A stretch of DNA of 64,000 nt from an uncultured delta proteobacterium (lineage in GTDB: Bacteria > Desulfobacterota > Binatia > HRBIN30 > BPIQ01). Below, piece after piece: positions 49,361 through 58,619 of this stretch; positions within the stretch are counted from its first letter, which is position 1, and the number at the start of each line of letters is the position of its first letter. The notes under the pieces were generated by a model, which was given only the letters and a program-made list of their open reading frames with translations, was not told where the DNA came from and ran no database searches. Location of the stretch: NCBI GenBank assembly GCA_963761335.1, contig CAVXGR010000025.1, forward strand, positions 32,001 to 96,000. Reading direction: 5' to 3'. A program made the position numbers and the translations under genes.

Positions 49361-50242
49361 TCACTGCTCCAGGAAGCGGTAGGCGTCGAGATTTCCGAGG
49401 GTCAGGTCCGTGGCCATCGGGGTGATGCTGGCGAAGCCGTTCTGCAACGCCTGGACATCGTTGGACGGGTCGGCGAGCGTCGAGGTGCAGTCGGTGGACA
49501 GTACGCTGGAGCTCTCCACCACCGGCAGATAGGTGGACGTCGTGCCGCTCTCCGAGGTCAGGGTATAGTCGACGATCTGCGAGGAGCGGCCGATCGGCAC
49601 CACGCGAATGCCGCGCATGGAGCCGGAGCTGCAGCTGGGAAAGTTGACGTTCAGCACCACGGCCTGGCCGGGGCGGCTGCCGGCGCTCATCGCCTGCTGA
49701 AAGCTGCCGTCGGTGCGCAGCCGCTCCACCGTGTCGGCGGTGAAGCGCGCCGCCGGACCGTAGTCGTTTGGGATCAGGCCGAGACTGACGGCGATGGCCG
49801 GGATGCCAAGGCGAGCGGCCCAGAGCGCCGCGCCCACCGTCCCGGAGATGTCGATCAGCTCGCCGATGTTTTGGCCGGCGTTGATCCCGGAGACGACGAC
49901 GTCAGGGCGTGAGGGAAGCCCTTTGAGAACGCCGAAGAGGACGCAGTCCGCCGGGAACCCGGAAAGGGCGGTGGCCTCGAAGCCGGCGGCCGTCTCCGCC
50001 ATGGTCGCGTCGATAGAGTTCTGCGTCGTCTGCTGGCCCGAGCCGCTGCGGTTCTGCGCCGGGGCGATGACCGACACCTCCAGCTGCGGGTTCTTGGCCA
50101 GCTCCTCGACCACGGCCGAGATGCCGGGAGCCCCGACACCGTCGTCGTTGGTCACCAGCACCCGCAGGGTCGGCTCCGCATGGCCGCCGTCGCAGGCGGC
50201 GAGAACGAAAATCATCAGGGCAAACGGCGCAAGTCGTCTCAT
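49361..50242 (-). CDS. surE: SurE-family 5'/3'-nucleotidase with lipoprotein signal
   Basis: LVTNDDG, APAQNRSG, VVSGINAGQN, SGTVGAA and LNVNFP. N-terminal MRR-hydrophobic-LAAC. Confidence 0.88.
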   Translation of the reverse strand: MRRLAPFALMIFVLAACDGGHAEPTLRVLVTNDDGVGAPGISAVVEELAKNPQLEVSVIAPAQNRSGSGQQTTQNSIDATMAETAAGFEATALSGFPADCVLFGVLKGLPSRPDVVVSGINAGQNIGELIDISGTVGAALWAARLGIPAIAVSLGLIPNDYGPAARFTADTVERLRTDGSFQQAMSAGSRPGQAVVLNVNFPSCSSGSMRGIRVVPIGRSSQIVDYTLTSESGTTSTYLPVVESSSVLSTDCTSTLADPSNDVQALQNGFASITPMATDLTLGNLDAYRFLEQ

Positions 50243-50296
50243 TATCGCACCCCCTCGGAGAGAATGACGCAGGCCTACGGCCTGTGGCCGCCGCCG

Positions 50297-51496
50297 TCAA
50301 GACGAGATTGCGTTTGCCGCGGTGTACAGCGGTCGTGGAAAGCGAAAGAGCAGGGCGGCGAGGACGATCATGGTGGCCGCCGCGGCGGCATAGAAGGCCA
50401 TGCCTGCAATCACTCCGGCCGCATCGCTCACCGCGGACATCGTCCACGGGATGGCAATGCCGCCGACGCCGGCACCGGCCACCAGCAAGCTGGTGGCGCG
50501 CGCCGCGTTGTGCGGGTGATGCCGGCCTCCGAGAGCGATGGTGGCCGGGAAGATGCCGGAGAGCCCCGCACCGGCGATCGCGAAGATGACGGTCGCGCTT
50601 GCGGCACTTCCGGCGAGAAGCGTTCCCGCCAGAGACGCCGTGGCCGCGATCGTCAGGACGAGCAGCAGCGTCTCCTCGCGAATTCGATGCGCGAAGACGC
50701 TGAGGGCGAGGCGTCCCGCAGCGAGCCCGAGCCAGTAGAGCGACAGCGCCGTGCCGGCGGATGCCAGCGTGGCTCCGCGCGCCGTCACCAGATACTTGGT
50801 CAGCCAGGTGCCGACACCGACCTCCACGCCCACGTATACGCCCAGCAACATCGCCAGGACGGTCACCGGGGCAGGCCGCAGGCGGGCCTCGCCGGCCGCC
50901 GCCGCAGGCATGCTTTCGTTGGCGAGCCGCAGCCGCATCCAGCCGGCGCTCACCAGCGCCGTGGCGCCGCCGGTGAGCAAGAACGGTAGCCGCCACGAGA
51001 CCCCGGCGGCGACGGCATGGGTGGCCAGGGCCGGGGTCACGAAACAGCCGACCCCGAAGAACAGATGGGCGAAGTTCAGCAGGTTGGAGCTGCGGGCGCC
51101 GCCAACGCGAATGAGGATGGTGTTGATGCCGACCTCCATGACGCCGAAGCCGATACCACTGACGAAGAGCATCGCGGCGCCGGCAAACGGGTTGGAGATC
51201 AGGCCAAATCCCGCGATGCCGGCAGCGAAGGTGAAGACCGCGGCGCTCAGGACGCGGCGCGGCGGCAGCTGCTCCAGGAGTCGCCCGGAGCCGAGCACTG
51301 CCAGCAAGTAGGCGATCGGCTGAAAGGCGAGCATCGACCCGGCCTCTACCGGGCGCATGCCGAAGCGTTCCAACAGCAGAGGCAGGAGCGCCCCAGGCAG
51401 AGTGCTGGCGGCGCCGATGGCAGCGAAGGAGGCAGAAGCCAGTCCGACGGCGAGCGCCGTGCTCGACACCGGAGCTCCGGAGTCCGGCGTGCTCAC
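50297..51496 (-). CDS. MFS transporter (FucP/TsgA-like)
   Basis: 12 predicted TM segments. NFAHLFFGVG, YVGVEVG and GIFP motifs. Confidence 0.85.
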   Translation of the reverse strand: MSTPDSGAPVSSTALAVGLASASFAAIGAASTLPGALLPLLLERFGMRPVEAGSMLAFQPIAYLLAVLGSGRLLEQLPPRRVLSAAVFTFAAGIAGFGLISNPFAGAAMLFVSGIGFGVMEVGINTILIRVGGARSSNLLNFAHLFFGVGCFVTPALATHAVAAGVSWRLPFLLTGGATALVSAGWMRLRLANESMPAAAAGEARLRPAPVTVLAMLLGVYVGVEVGVGTWLTKYLVTARGATLASAGTALSLYWLGLAAGRLALSVFAHRIREETLLLVLTIAATASLAGTLLAGSAASATVIFAIAGAGLSGIFPATIALGGRHHPHNAARATSLLVAGAGVGGIAIPWTMSAVSDAAGVIAGMAFYAAAAATMIVLAALLFRFPRPLYTAANAISS

Positions 51497-51506
51497 CGCC
51501 GGCTGC

Positions 51507-52751
51507 TCATTCCTCCCACCGCTTCAGCACCAGCGAGGCGTTGGCGCCGCCGAAGCCGAACGAGTTGGTGAGCGCCAGGCGTACGTTCGCCTGCCGCGTC
51601 CGGTGCGGCACGTAGTCGAGATCACACTCCGGATCCGGGTGATCGAGGTTGATGGTCGGCGTGATGATGCCGGTCTCCAGGGTCTTGGCGGTGACCAGCG
51701 TCTCGAGCGCCCCCGAGGCGCCAATCATGTGACCGGTCATCGATTTGGTGGCGCTCACCGCCAAGCGGTGGGCGTGGGCGCCGAAAACCAGCTTGATCCC
51801 CTGAGTCTCGTTCAGGTCGCCCATCGGCGTCGAGGTGGCGTGTGCGTTGATATAATCGATCTCCTCCGGCTGCACAGCAGCGCTCTCCAGGGCCGCTTGC
51901 ATGCAGGCGGCGACGCCGACGCCGTCGGGCAGGGGTGCGGCGATGTGGAAGGCCTCGTTTCCGGTGGCGTAGCCGACGATCTCGGCATAGATGTGCGCGC
52001 CGCGACTCTGCGCCGCCTCCAGGGATTCGACCACCAGGATGGCGGCGCCCTCGGAGAGGACGAAGCCGTCGCGATCGCGGTCGAACGGGCAGCTGGCGCG
52101 CTGCGGCTCGTCGTTGCGCAGGGTCACGGCGCGCGAGTTTGCGAAGCCGGCGATCTCGGTGGGATCGATGAGCGCGTCGACGCCGCCGGCCAGCACCGCG
52201 TCGCAGGTCCCGTCGCGCACATAGCGCCAGGCCTCGCCGACGCCGTTGAGCCCCGAGGCGCAGGCGTTGCCGATGGTGAAGTTGGGGCCGCGCACGCCGA
52301 GGCGGATGGCCACCTGAGCGGCACCGAGACTGGTGGTGATCGCGGTGATGTAGAACGGAGAGACGGAGCCGGGGCCTTCGGCGTTGAACTGCGTCACCGT
52401 GCGAAAGATGGTGCGCGCGCCGCCGTTGTTGTTGCCCAGCATCACCCCGATGCGACGGCTGTTCTCCAAGGAGATCGGCAGCTTGGCGTCCTCCACCGCC
52501 ATCACCGCGGCGGCCACCGCATAGCGGGCGAAGTCGTCCATGCGCTTCAAATGCTTTGCCGGGATCCACTGCTGCGGCTCGAAGCCGCGCACCTCTCCGG
52601 CGATGCGGCATTTCTGATTGGAGACGTCGAACAGGGTGATCGGCCCGATTCCCGAGCGTCCGGCGCAGGCACTCTCCCAGATTGCCTCGGCGCCGATGCC
52701 GATCGGCGACACCCCTCCCATCCCGGTGATGACTACCCGTCGTGCTTGCAT
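51507..52751 (-). CDS. fabF: Beta-ketoacyl-ACP synthase II
   Basis: RRVVITGMG, NACASG (Cys), PFDRDRDGFV, NAHATST (His), KSMTGH (His) and NSFGFGGAN. Confidence 0.9.
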   Translation of the reverse strand: MQARRVVITGMGGVSPIGIGAEAIWESACAGRSGIGPITLFDVSNQKCRIAGEVRGFEPQQWIPAKHLKRMDDFARYAVAAAVMAVEDAKLPISLENSRRIGVMLGNNNGGARTIFRTVTQFNAEGPGSVSPFYITAITTSLGAAQVAIRLGVRGPNFTIGNACASGLNGVGEAWRYVRDGTCDAVLAGGVDALIDPTEIAGFANSRAVTLRNDEPQRASCPFDRDRDGFVLSEGAAILVVESLEAAQSRGAHIYAEIVGYATGNEAFHIAAPLPDGVGVAACMQAALESAAVQPEEIDYINAHATSTPMGDLNETQGIKLVFGAHAHRLAVSATKSMTGHMIGASGALETLVTAKTLETGIITPTINLDHPDPECDLDYVPHRTRQANVRLALTNSFGFGGANASLVLKRWEE

Positions 52752-52878
52752 CTCTTCTCCCAAGCAGGCGCGGATACCACAGTGGCGCGCTCGGGGCTAC
52801 GCCCGCGCCCGTCCGGGCACCGTCCTAGTTTGCCGGTCCGACTCTGCAATTATGTCCCGCCGCCTCGCGCCAGGGTCT

Positions 52879-53017
52879 CCTCTCCGCGCATTCTTTTCGC
52901 GGGCAGAGGATCAAGGTGAGGGGCTTCTTCCTCGCTGAAAGCTCATGATTTCTGCGGCGTTCAAGGAGATCGGAACCCTCACCCTGCCCCTCTCCCGCGA
53001 AACAATGCGGGAGAGGG
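52879..53017. repeat. Inverted pair of CCCTCACCC...CCCTCTCCC-GGGAGAGGG palindromic repeats
   Basis: Plus-strand copy 52976-53017 has an 11-bp stem CCCTCTCCCGC/GCGGGAGAGGG. Diverged minus-strand copy at 52879-52923. Confidence 0.75.
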
Positions 53018-53167
53018 AACCCGCGCCCGCAGCGGCGTGAAGATCGACGGGCAGTCGTTGTCAATGGGGTGCGTTCCCCAAAATAGGACAGTACTCGCCT
53101 CCGCCGCCCCGATCTCAATTGCGCCGTCCTCGCGGAGGGACTATCAGGGCGGCATGAGGACGCATCG

Positions 53168-54019
53168 GTGACCCAAGGGGAGGCGGTCGGTGTCCAGTCT
53201 ACGGAGGCTTTCTCCTTTGCCGCGACCAATCTCACCCTGCTGAAGCAGCTGCGTCGGCTCGGCTACAGCGCCGAGGATCGGGCGGGCGTCCAGCGCGCCT
53301 ATGCGCTGGCCATGCGCCTGTTCACCGGTCAGTTCCGGCCGAGCGGAAACACCTTCCTGGCGCACCTGGTGCGCACCGCCAGCATTCTCGCCGACCTCGG
53401 CGAGCCCACCGCCGTAGTCATCGCCGGCCTCCTGCATGCCGCCTACAGTCACGGCGAGTTCGGCGACGGGCTCCGCTCTCCTTCGGCGGTCAAACGGGCG
53501 GCGATGCGCGCCGTCGTCGGCGCGCAGGCGGAGTCGTTGATTCGCGCCTACGACGCGCTGCGCCGGGTGGATGTCCGCGCCGACCTGCCGGGGGCCATCG
53601 AGAGGCTGGATCTGGAGGAGCGTACGGCGGCCCGCATGCGTCTGGTAAACGCCTTCGAGGAGTACGTCGATCTTGCCGCTGCGGAGTGGATGCCGCTGCC
53701 GGAGGAGACCAGCCAGCGCTACCTCGGCCGCTGTGTCGCGGCCGCCCGACAGCTCGGCGAAGAGCGCCTTGCCGTGGCTCTCGAGGGGGTCCGAGCCGAG
53801 ATCGCCGGCAGAGGCGCCAGGGCCGAGGCATTTGCGGGAGGCGGCTTCGTCAACGCCGACGGCGCCCTCTGGCGCGACGGCCGGGGGTCCGCGTTTCTCC
53901 TGCCGCCGCTCTCCCACCGGCCCCGCGTTGCGGTGACTGTTCGCCGGCGGCTGCGCCGCGTCAGCTGGCTGCGGGCGCTCTACCGTTCCTATCTCGGCCC
54001 GCCCGGCCGCCCGGCCTGA
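53168..54019 (+). CDS. HD-fold-like (DUF6817-type) protein
   Basis: RPSGNTFLAHLVRTASIL...AGLLHAAY...RAVVGAQAE resembles the RelA/SpoT hydrolase N-terminus but with HA in place of HD. Confidence 0.65.
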   Translation: MTQGEAVGVQSTEAFSFAATNLTLLKQLRRLGYSAEDRAGVQRAYALAMRLFTGQFRPSGNTFLAHLVRTASILADLGEPTAVVIAGLLHAAYSHGEFGDGLRSPSAVKRAAMRAVVGAQAESLIRAYDALRRVDVRADLPGAIERLDLEERTAARMRLVNAFEEYVDLAAAEWMPLPEETSQRYLGRCVAAARQLGEERLAVALEGVRAEIAGRGARAEAFAGGGFVNADGALWRDGRGSAFLLPPLSHRPRVAVTVRRRLRRVSWLRALYRSYLGPPGRPA

Positions 54020-54067
54020 AGCCCTCCTGGCCTACCCGGGCGGGGCATGGAACCACGAATTCGTCGT

Positions 54068-54304
54068 TCAGCCGCAGGAGCGGCGCTTGGGCCGCTCGCC
54101 GACGCTCGGCTTGGCCTTCCTCCGGGTCGGCGGATCCTGCAGCACGGCGCGGACGGTCTCCTCCATCTTGCGCAGCTGCCTGCGCAGGACCAGCAGGTGA
54201 TCGCGGAGCTCGTCTGTTTCGGCGGCCGCCGCGAGCTGCTGCATGCGGTCTGCAGCTTGCTTCAGGTTGAAGGCGACGATGCGTACGATCTCGGTCTCTT
54301 CCAT
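54068..54304 (-). CDS. Small hypothetical coiled-coil protein
   Basis: GAGGAA RBS and amphipathic helical sequence. Fills the intergenic gap. Confidence 0.55.
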   Translation of the reverse strand: MEETEIVRIVAFNLKQAADRMQQLAAAAETDELRDHLLVLRRQLRKMEETVRAVLQDPPTRRKAKPSVGERPKRRSCG

Positions 54305-54451
54305 TTCCTCTGCCTCGCTCCCGTCATGATCCCGCCCGGGCGCCTCCGCCAGGGTCCCTGATCAAGGGGCGTTACAAAGGAATGAACAATTGTTCCGTCC
54401 GCCGGCGTCCCGCAGCGCGCCATGCGCCTGCCCCGCGCTACGGAGGGGGAC

Positions 54452-55609
54452 CTACCGTGAATTGCCGCTGCACAGCTCCTCGTAGAGCGCCAGATATCGC
54501 TCCGCCAGTCGCTCCGGGGTGTACTCGCCGGCAACCCGCCTGGCCGCTTCGCCCATGCAGCGCCTCTCGCCGGGGGATGCGATCAGCTCGGCGAGTCGTC
54601 GGCTGAGACCCTGGCGATCGCCCAGGGCGACGAGGTGACTGCATGCCGGCGCACAGAAGTCCCGCTGCCCACCGCGTTCGTAGGCGACCACCGGCAGTCC
54701 GGCGTGGAGGGCCTCGAGCAGGGCGATTCCGAAGGCTTCGTGCCGCGTCGTCGAGACATAGATGTCGGCTTCGCGGAGCAGGCGCCATTTCATCGCCTCG
54801 TCGACAAATCCTGTGAAGGAGACGATGCCGTCCAGGCGGGCCGCCGCCACCTGCTTCTCCAGCGAGCGCCGCAGCGGTCCTTCGCCGACGATGAGCAGCT
54901 GAATCGGTCGATCGCGCAGCTGTCCGACGACCTCGATGAGCTCGCCGAGCCCCTTGCGCGGGATCAGACGGCCAACCGTGATCAGGCGGACGACCCGGTG
55001 CTCGCCGTCCCCGTCGCGGCCCTTTTCCATAGGGACATCTATGCCGGAGACCGCGAGGGGGATGCGGGTGATTCGGGCTCCCTCGCAGAATCCGCGCACC
55101 CGCTCCCGGGTGTCGTTGGAGGGGACGACGACGCGATCGGCGCCGCGCAATAGCCAGCGGACGGTCTGGCGGAGCAGCGGCGCGCGGTGAGGCGAGAGCC
55201 ATTTGCTGGGATCGTACAGATCTCCACCGTGCACCGAGAGAACGTGGGGGACTCGGGCGCGCTTCGCCAGGACGGCTCCGGCGGGTCCCGACGGAATCGC
55301 AAATGACGTGTGGACGATATCGAAGCGCCCTTCCCGCAAGAGATCGCGGCCGCGGCGCAGAGCACTCGGGGGAAACGTCAACAGCGACGCGAGGCTGGCG
55401 ACCGCGTCCCGGCTGCGGCCCCACACCGGCACACGCACCACGCGGCTGCCGTCCCGCCGTTCCTCCCGGGGGAGGCCTTTTCGGTGAGAGGTCAGGATGG
55501 TCACCTCGAGGCGCTGCGCGAGCTGGCGCGCGAGCATGCGCGAGAAGACGCCGCCGCCACCGCCGAGCGGCGGGTACTCGTAGGTGACCAGGAGGATCCG
55601 CCGGATCAA
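54452..55609 (-). CDS. GT4 glycosyltransferase
   Basis: TYEYPPLGGGGG, GRLIPRKG and EAFGIALLEA (EX7E). TTG start overlaps the upstream stop. Confidence 0.9.
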   Translation of the reverse strand: MIRRILLVTYEYPPLGGGGGVFSRMLARQLAQRLEVTILTSHRKGLPREERRDGSRVVRVPVWGRSRDAVASLASLLTFPPSALRRGRDLLREGRFDIVHTSFAIPSGPAGAVLAKRARVPHVLSVHGGDLYDPSKWLSPHRAPLLRQTVRWLLRGADRVVVPSNDTRERVRGFCEGARITRIPLAVSGIDVPMEKGRDGDGEHRVVRLITVGRLIPRKGLGELIEVVGQLRDRPIQLLIVGEGPLRRSLEKQVAAARLDGIVSFTGFVDEAMKWRLLREADIYVSTTRHEAFGIALLEALHAGLPVVAYERGGQRDFCAPACSHLVALGDRQGLSRRLAELIASPGERRCMGEAARRVAGEYTPERLAERYLALYEELCSGNSR

Positions 55610-57291
55610 CGCAGCCCTCCACCCGCCGCGAATCGCCCTTCGACCACCTCGAGCTCCCGCTGTCGCCGCTCCTCGTCCCATCCCAGCAATCGCGCCATGT
55701 GTCCCGCCGCCTCTTGCAGAGCCTCGACTCCCGGATGCCCGGCTGTCCCCAGCTCGGTGCGACGAAAGACGACGTCGTCGAGCGTGCACGCCATCTCCTC
55801 GCCGACGGCGTAGGCAATATCGGCGGCGGCGACCTCGGCGTCTCCCAGCGGGCGCTCCCCGGTCTCCTGATCGCGAGCGCGGCGCAGCACCCGCTGGTGC
55901 TCACCGCCGTGGCGGCGCACCAGCGCCGCCACGGTCTCTTCAGCGATTCCCGCGGAGCGGCTCTGCACGGCGTGCCGGCGATAGGCGTCGACGTCCTCGA
56001 CGGCACCGCCGTAGATCGGCGTCGCCGCCGTGCGCGAGGGGACGAGCGGCCGTCGCAGCTTGCCAAGGGCGAGATCGACGGCGCGCTCCGCATCGTAACG
56101 ACAGGTGCTGTAGCGCACGCCGATCAGGGTAACGAGACCTTCGACCCCGTCGCCGACGGCATGGTCGAGCAGAAGCGAGCGCCTGCCGAAGCGCAGGGCG
56201 CGACCATCCTGCGGGCCCTCGCCGAAGAGAACGCGACCCCACTGGCAAAGCTCGACGTCGCCGACGCCGAGAGAGAGACCCGGGCAGGCGTCGTTGATCT
56301 CCGCGAGAAACTGCCGGATCTCCGCCGGCGCTGGTGGCGCCACCGAGGCGGCGTCGTCGAGAGCCCGATGCCACACCCCGAGCAACGTCCGCCCGCGCCA
56401 CGGCGCCAGGATCAGATGACGGCCGGCGCGGCTGACGAGAGCGTCGGCGTCGCGCGCCTGCCCGGCGACCACGGCGAGGGCGGCGGCCGTGTCTGGCTGC
56501 CGACGCAGCACCAGGCAGACATCGCGCGAGAACGTCGCCGCGGGCGCCGGCGGGGGAGCCAGCGTGCGCCTCAAGAAGTCCGGTGACCAACCACCCGCGG
56601 CAATCACCACGAGGCGGCCGCGGACCTCGATACGGGAGCCTCCGAGGCGATCGCGCGCCCACACCCCGCCGACGCGGTCACCGGCTCGGCAGAGCTCCGT
56701 TGCCTCGACGTAGTTGGCGGCGACGGCGCCCGCCTGCACGGCGGAGTGCAGGAAGGCCACGGCCAGGCGTGCCGGGCTGTGCATCTGCGCCTCGTGAACG
56801 ATGCCGCCGCCGCTGAGACCGTCGGTCTCGATATACGGAAAGGCCTCGAGCACCTCGCTGCGAGACAGGAGCCGCCCCGCCGGCAGCCGCCGACCCGCTT
56901 CGCATACGCCGCGATTGCGGTCCCAGGCGAGGAGATCGAAGGCCCGCATCCCCGCTAGCAGGAGCGCGCGACCTCGGCGTCCATGGCCGTACGTGGGGAT
57001 AACCAGGGGGAGCGGCGCGATCTGATGTGGAGCGACGCGCATCAGGATGTTGCGCTCGCGACAGTAGCGGCGGGCGCGGCGGACGTCGGCGTGCTGAAGA
57101 TAGCGAATCCCTCCGTGCACCAGCTTGAAGCAGCTGGCCGAGGCGCCGCTGGCGAAATCGTCGCGCTCCAGCAGAGCCACCGAAAGGCCCCGCAAGGCGG
57201 CGTCCCAGGCGGTGCAGATCCCGAAGATGCCGCCGCCGACGATGACGACGTCGAACTGCCGATCGGCGAGGTCGTCGAGATTGCGTTTCAT
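55606..57291 (-). CDS. FAD-dependent glycerol-3-phosphate dehydrogenase/oxidase-like protein
   Basis: GGGIFG, DFASGAS, HGGIRYL, PIYGG and EMACTLDDVVFRRTELG. ATG overlaps the upstream stop. Confidence 0.85.
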   Translation of the reverse strand: MKRNLDDLADRQFDVVIVGGGIFGICTAWDAALRGLSVALLERDDFASGASASCFKLVHGGIRYLQHADVRRARRYCRERNILMRVAPHQIAPLPLVIPTYGHGRRGRALLLAGMRAFDLLAWDRNRGVCEAGRRLPAGRLLSRSEVLEAFPYIETDGLSGGGIVHEAQMHSPARLAVAFLHSAVQAGAVAANYVEATELCRAGDRVGGVWARDRLGGSRIEVRGRLVVIAAGGWSPDFLRRTLAPPPAPAATFSRDVCLVLRRQPDTAAALAVVAGQARDADALVSRAGRHLILAPWRGRTLLGVWHRALDDAASVAPPAPAEIRQFLAEINDACPGLSLGVGDVELCQWGRVLFGEGPQDGRALRFGRRSLLLDHAVGDGVEGLVTLIGVRYSTCRYDAERAVDLALGKLRRPLVPSRTAATPIYGGAVEDVDAYRRHAVQSRSAGIAEETVAALVRRHGGEHQRVLRRARDQETGERPLGDAEVAAADIAYAVGEEMACTLDDVVFRRTELGTAGHPGVEALQEAAGHMARLLGWDEERRQRELEVVEGRFAAGGGLR

Positions 57292-58322
57292 CCCCGTCCG
57301 CTCCCCGCCGCGTACGTCGAGCCCGGTCTGACGCGGCCCCGAGGCAGCAGGCCTCGTTCCTCGTACCACTGCATGGTTCGCCGGATTCCCTCATCGAGGC
57401 TCACCCGCGGGGCGAAGCCGAGTATCCACCTCGCCTGGGTGATGTCGAAGGCGCGATCGTCGGTGAAGAACTCGAGGCGTCGCGGATAGAGCGGCGGCTC
57501 GATATCGATGAGCCTGCACAGACGCTGGCAGATGGGCGCCGCGATTTGCAGGGGCCACAGTGGCAAGCGCTTGCGCGGCGGTCGCATGCCAAGGGCGGAC
57601 GCGACCTTCGCGACCAGCTCCGCGGTGGTCGTGGCGGTATCGCCGGCAACGATGAATACCTGGCCGCGGGCCGCGCTGCTCTCGGCGCAGAGCATGGTCG
57701 CGTCGACCAGGTCGTCGAGGTAGACCATGTGGTAGAGGTTCGCTCCCGTCCCAATCATGACGAACCATCCCCGCGCCACCGATCGAAACAGCTTGAGGAA
57801 ACGCAGATCCCCGGGTCCGTAGATGGCCGCCGGGCGAAGCACTGCTCCGGGCAGCCCGTCGCGAAAATAGGAGAGGGCGAGGCGCTCGCCGGCGAGCTTG
57901 CTCTGCTGGTACGGATCGCGAGGCCGCAGCTCGGACCGCTCGTTTGCCGGCGGCCTCGCCACGTGACCGTGGACGCCAACCGTGCTGACGTGCACGAAAC
58001 CGCCGACGCGATTGCGCTTTGCCGCTTCGAGGACGTTGCGAGTGCCGTCGACGTTGACCGCGAAAAAATCCGACTCCGCCGCTTTGTGTCCCTGATAGAG
58101 AGCCGCCAGGTGAAAGACGACGTCGCTCCCCGTCGCCGCCTGCTCGACAGCGCTGCGGTCGCGCACGTCACCAATGACGATGATGGTCCCGTCCTCGCGC
58201 AGCTCCGGCACGTCCTCTTGCGGAGGGACGAGAGCCGAGACTTCGACGCCGCGGCCGCGCAGGCGTTGGCCCAGAACGCGGCCGTAGGCGCTCGTCAGGC
58301 CGGTCACGAAGGCACGCCTCAT
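57288..58322 (-). CDS. NAD-dependent epimerase/dehydratase (extended SDR)
   Basis: GDVRD, VFHLAA, HVSTVGV, YQQSK, RPAAIYGPGD and LGFAPRVSLDEG. Confidence 0.88.
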   Translation of the reverse strand: MRRAFVTGLTSAYGRVLGQRLRGRGVEVSALVPPQEDVPELREDGTIIVIGDVRDRSAVEQAATGSDVVFHLAALYQGHKAAESDFFAVNVDGTRNVLEAAKRNRVGGFVHVSTVGVHGHVARPPANERSELRPRDPYQQSKLAGERLALSYFRDGLPGAVLRPAAIYGPGDLRFLKLFRSVARGWFVMIGTGANLYHMVYLDDLVDATMLCAESSAARGQVFIVAGDTATTTAELVAKVASALGMRPPRKRLPLWPLQIAAPICQRLCRLIDIEPPLYPRRLEFFTDDRAFDITQARWILGFAPRVSLDEGIRRTMQWYEERGLLPRGRVRPGSTYAAGSGRG

Positions 58323-58619
58323 GTGTCGCGCCCGCTCACCAATCGCGCTCCATTCCCTCGTCGTTGCCCCGCGAGATGGCTCTTCTTGCGGAGACGCCTC
58401 GGCACGCCTTATCCAACCGAACGGGCGGGGCGCGCAAGAGGGGACGCGGCGAACATGGGTTCCCTCTCTCGCATTGCCTGCGGCAGAGCGACAGGGAACG
58501 CCGCGACAGCTCACGAGCTTTCCGTGCGGAAGGGACCACAACTGATGGGTGCCGATCCCTGGACATCATCCCGCCGCGGGCGATAGCTTCCGCCCGCTGA
58601 AAGCTCGACGGCAGATTTG

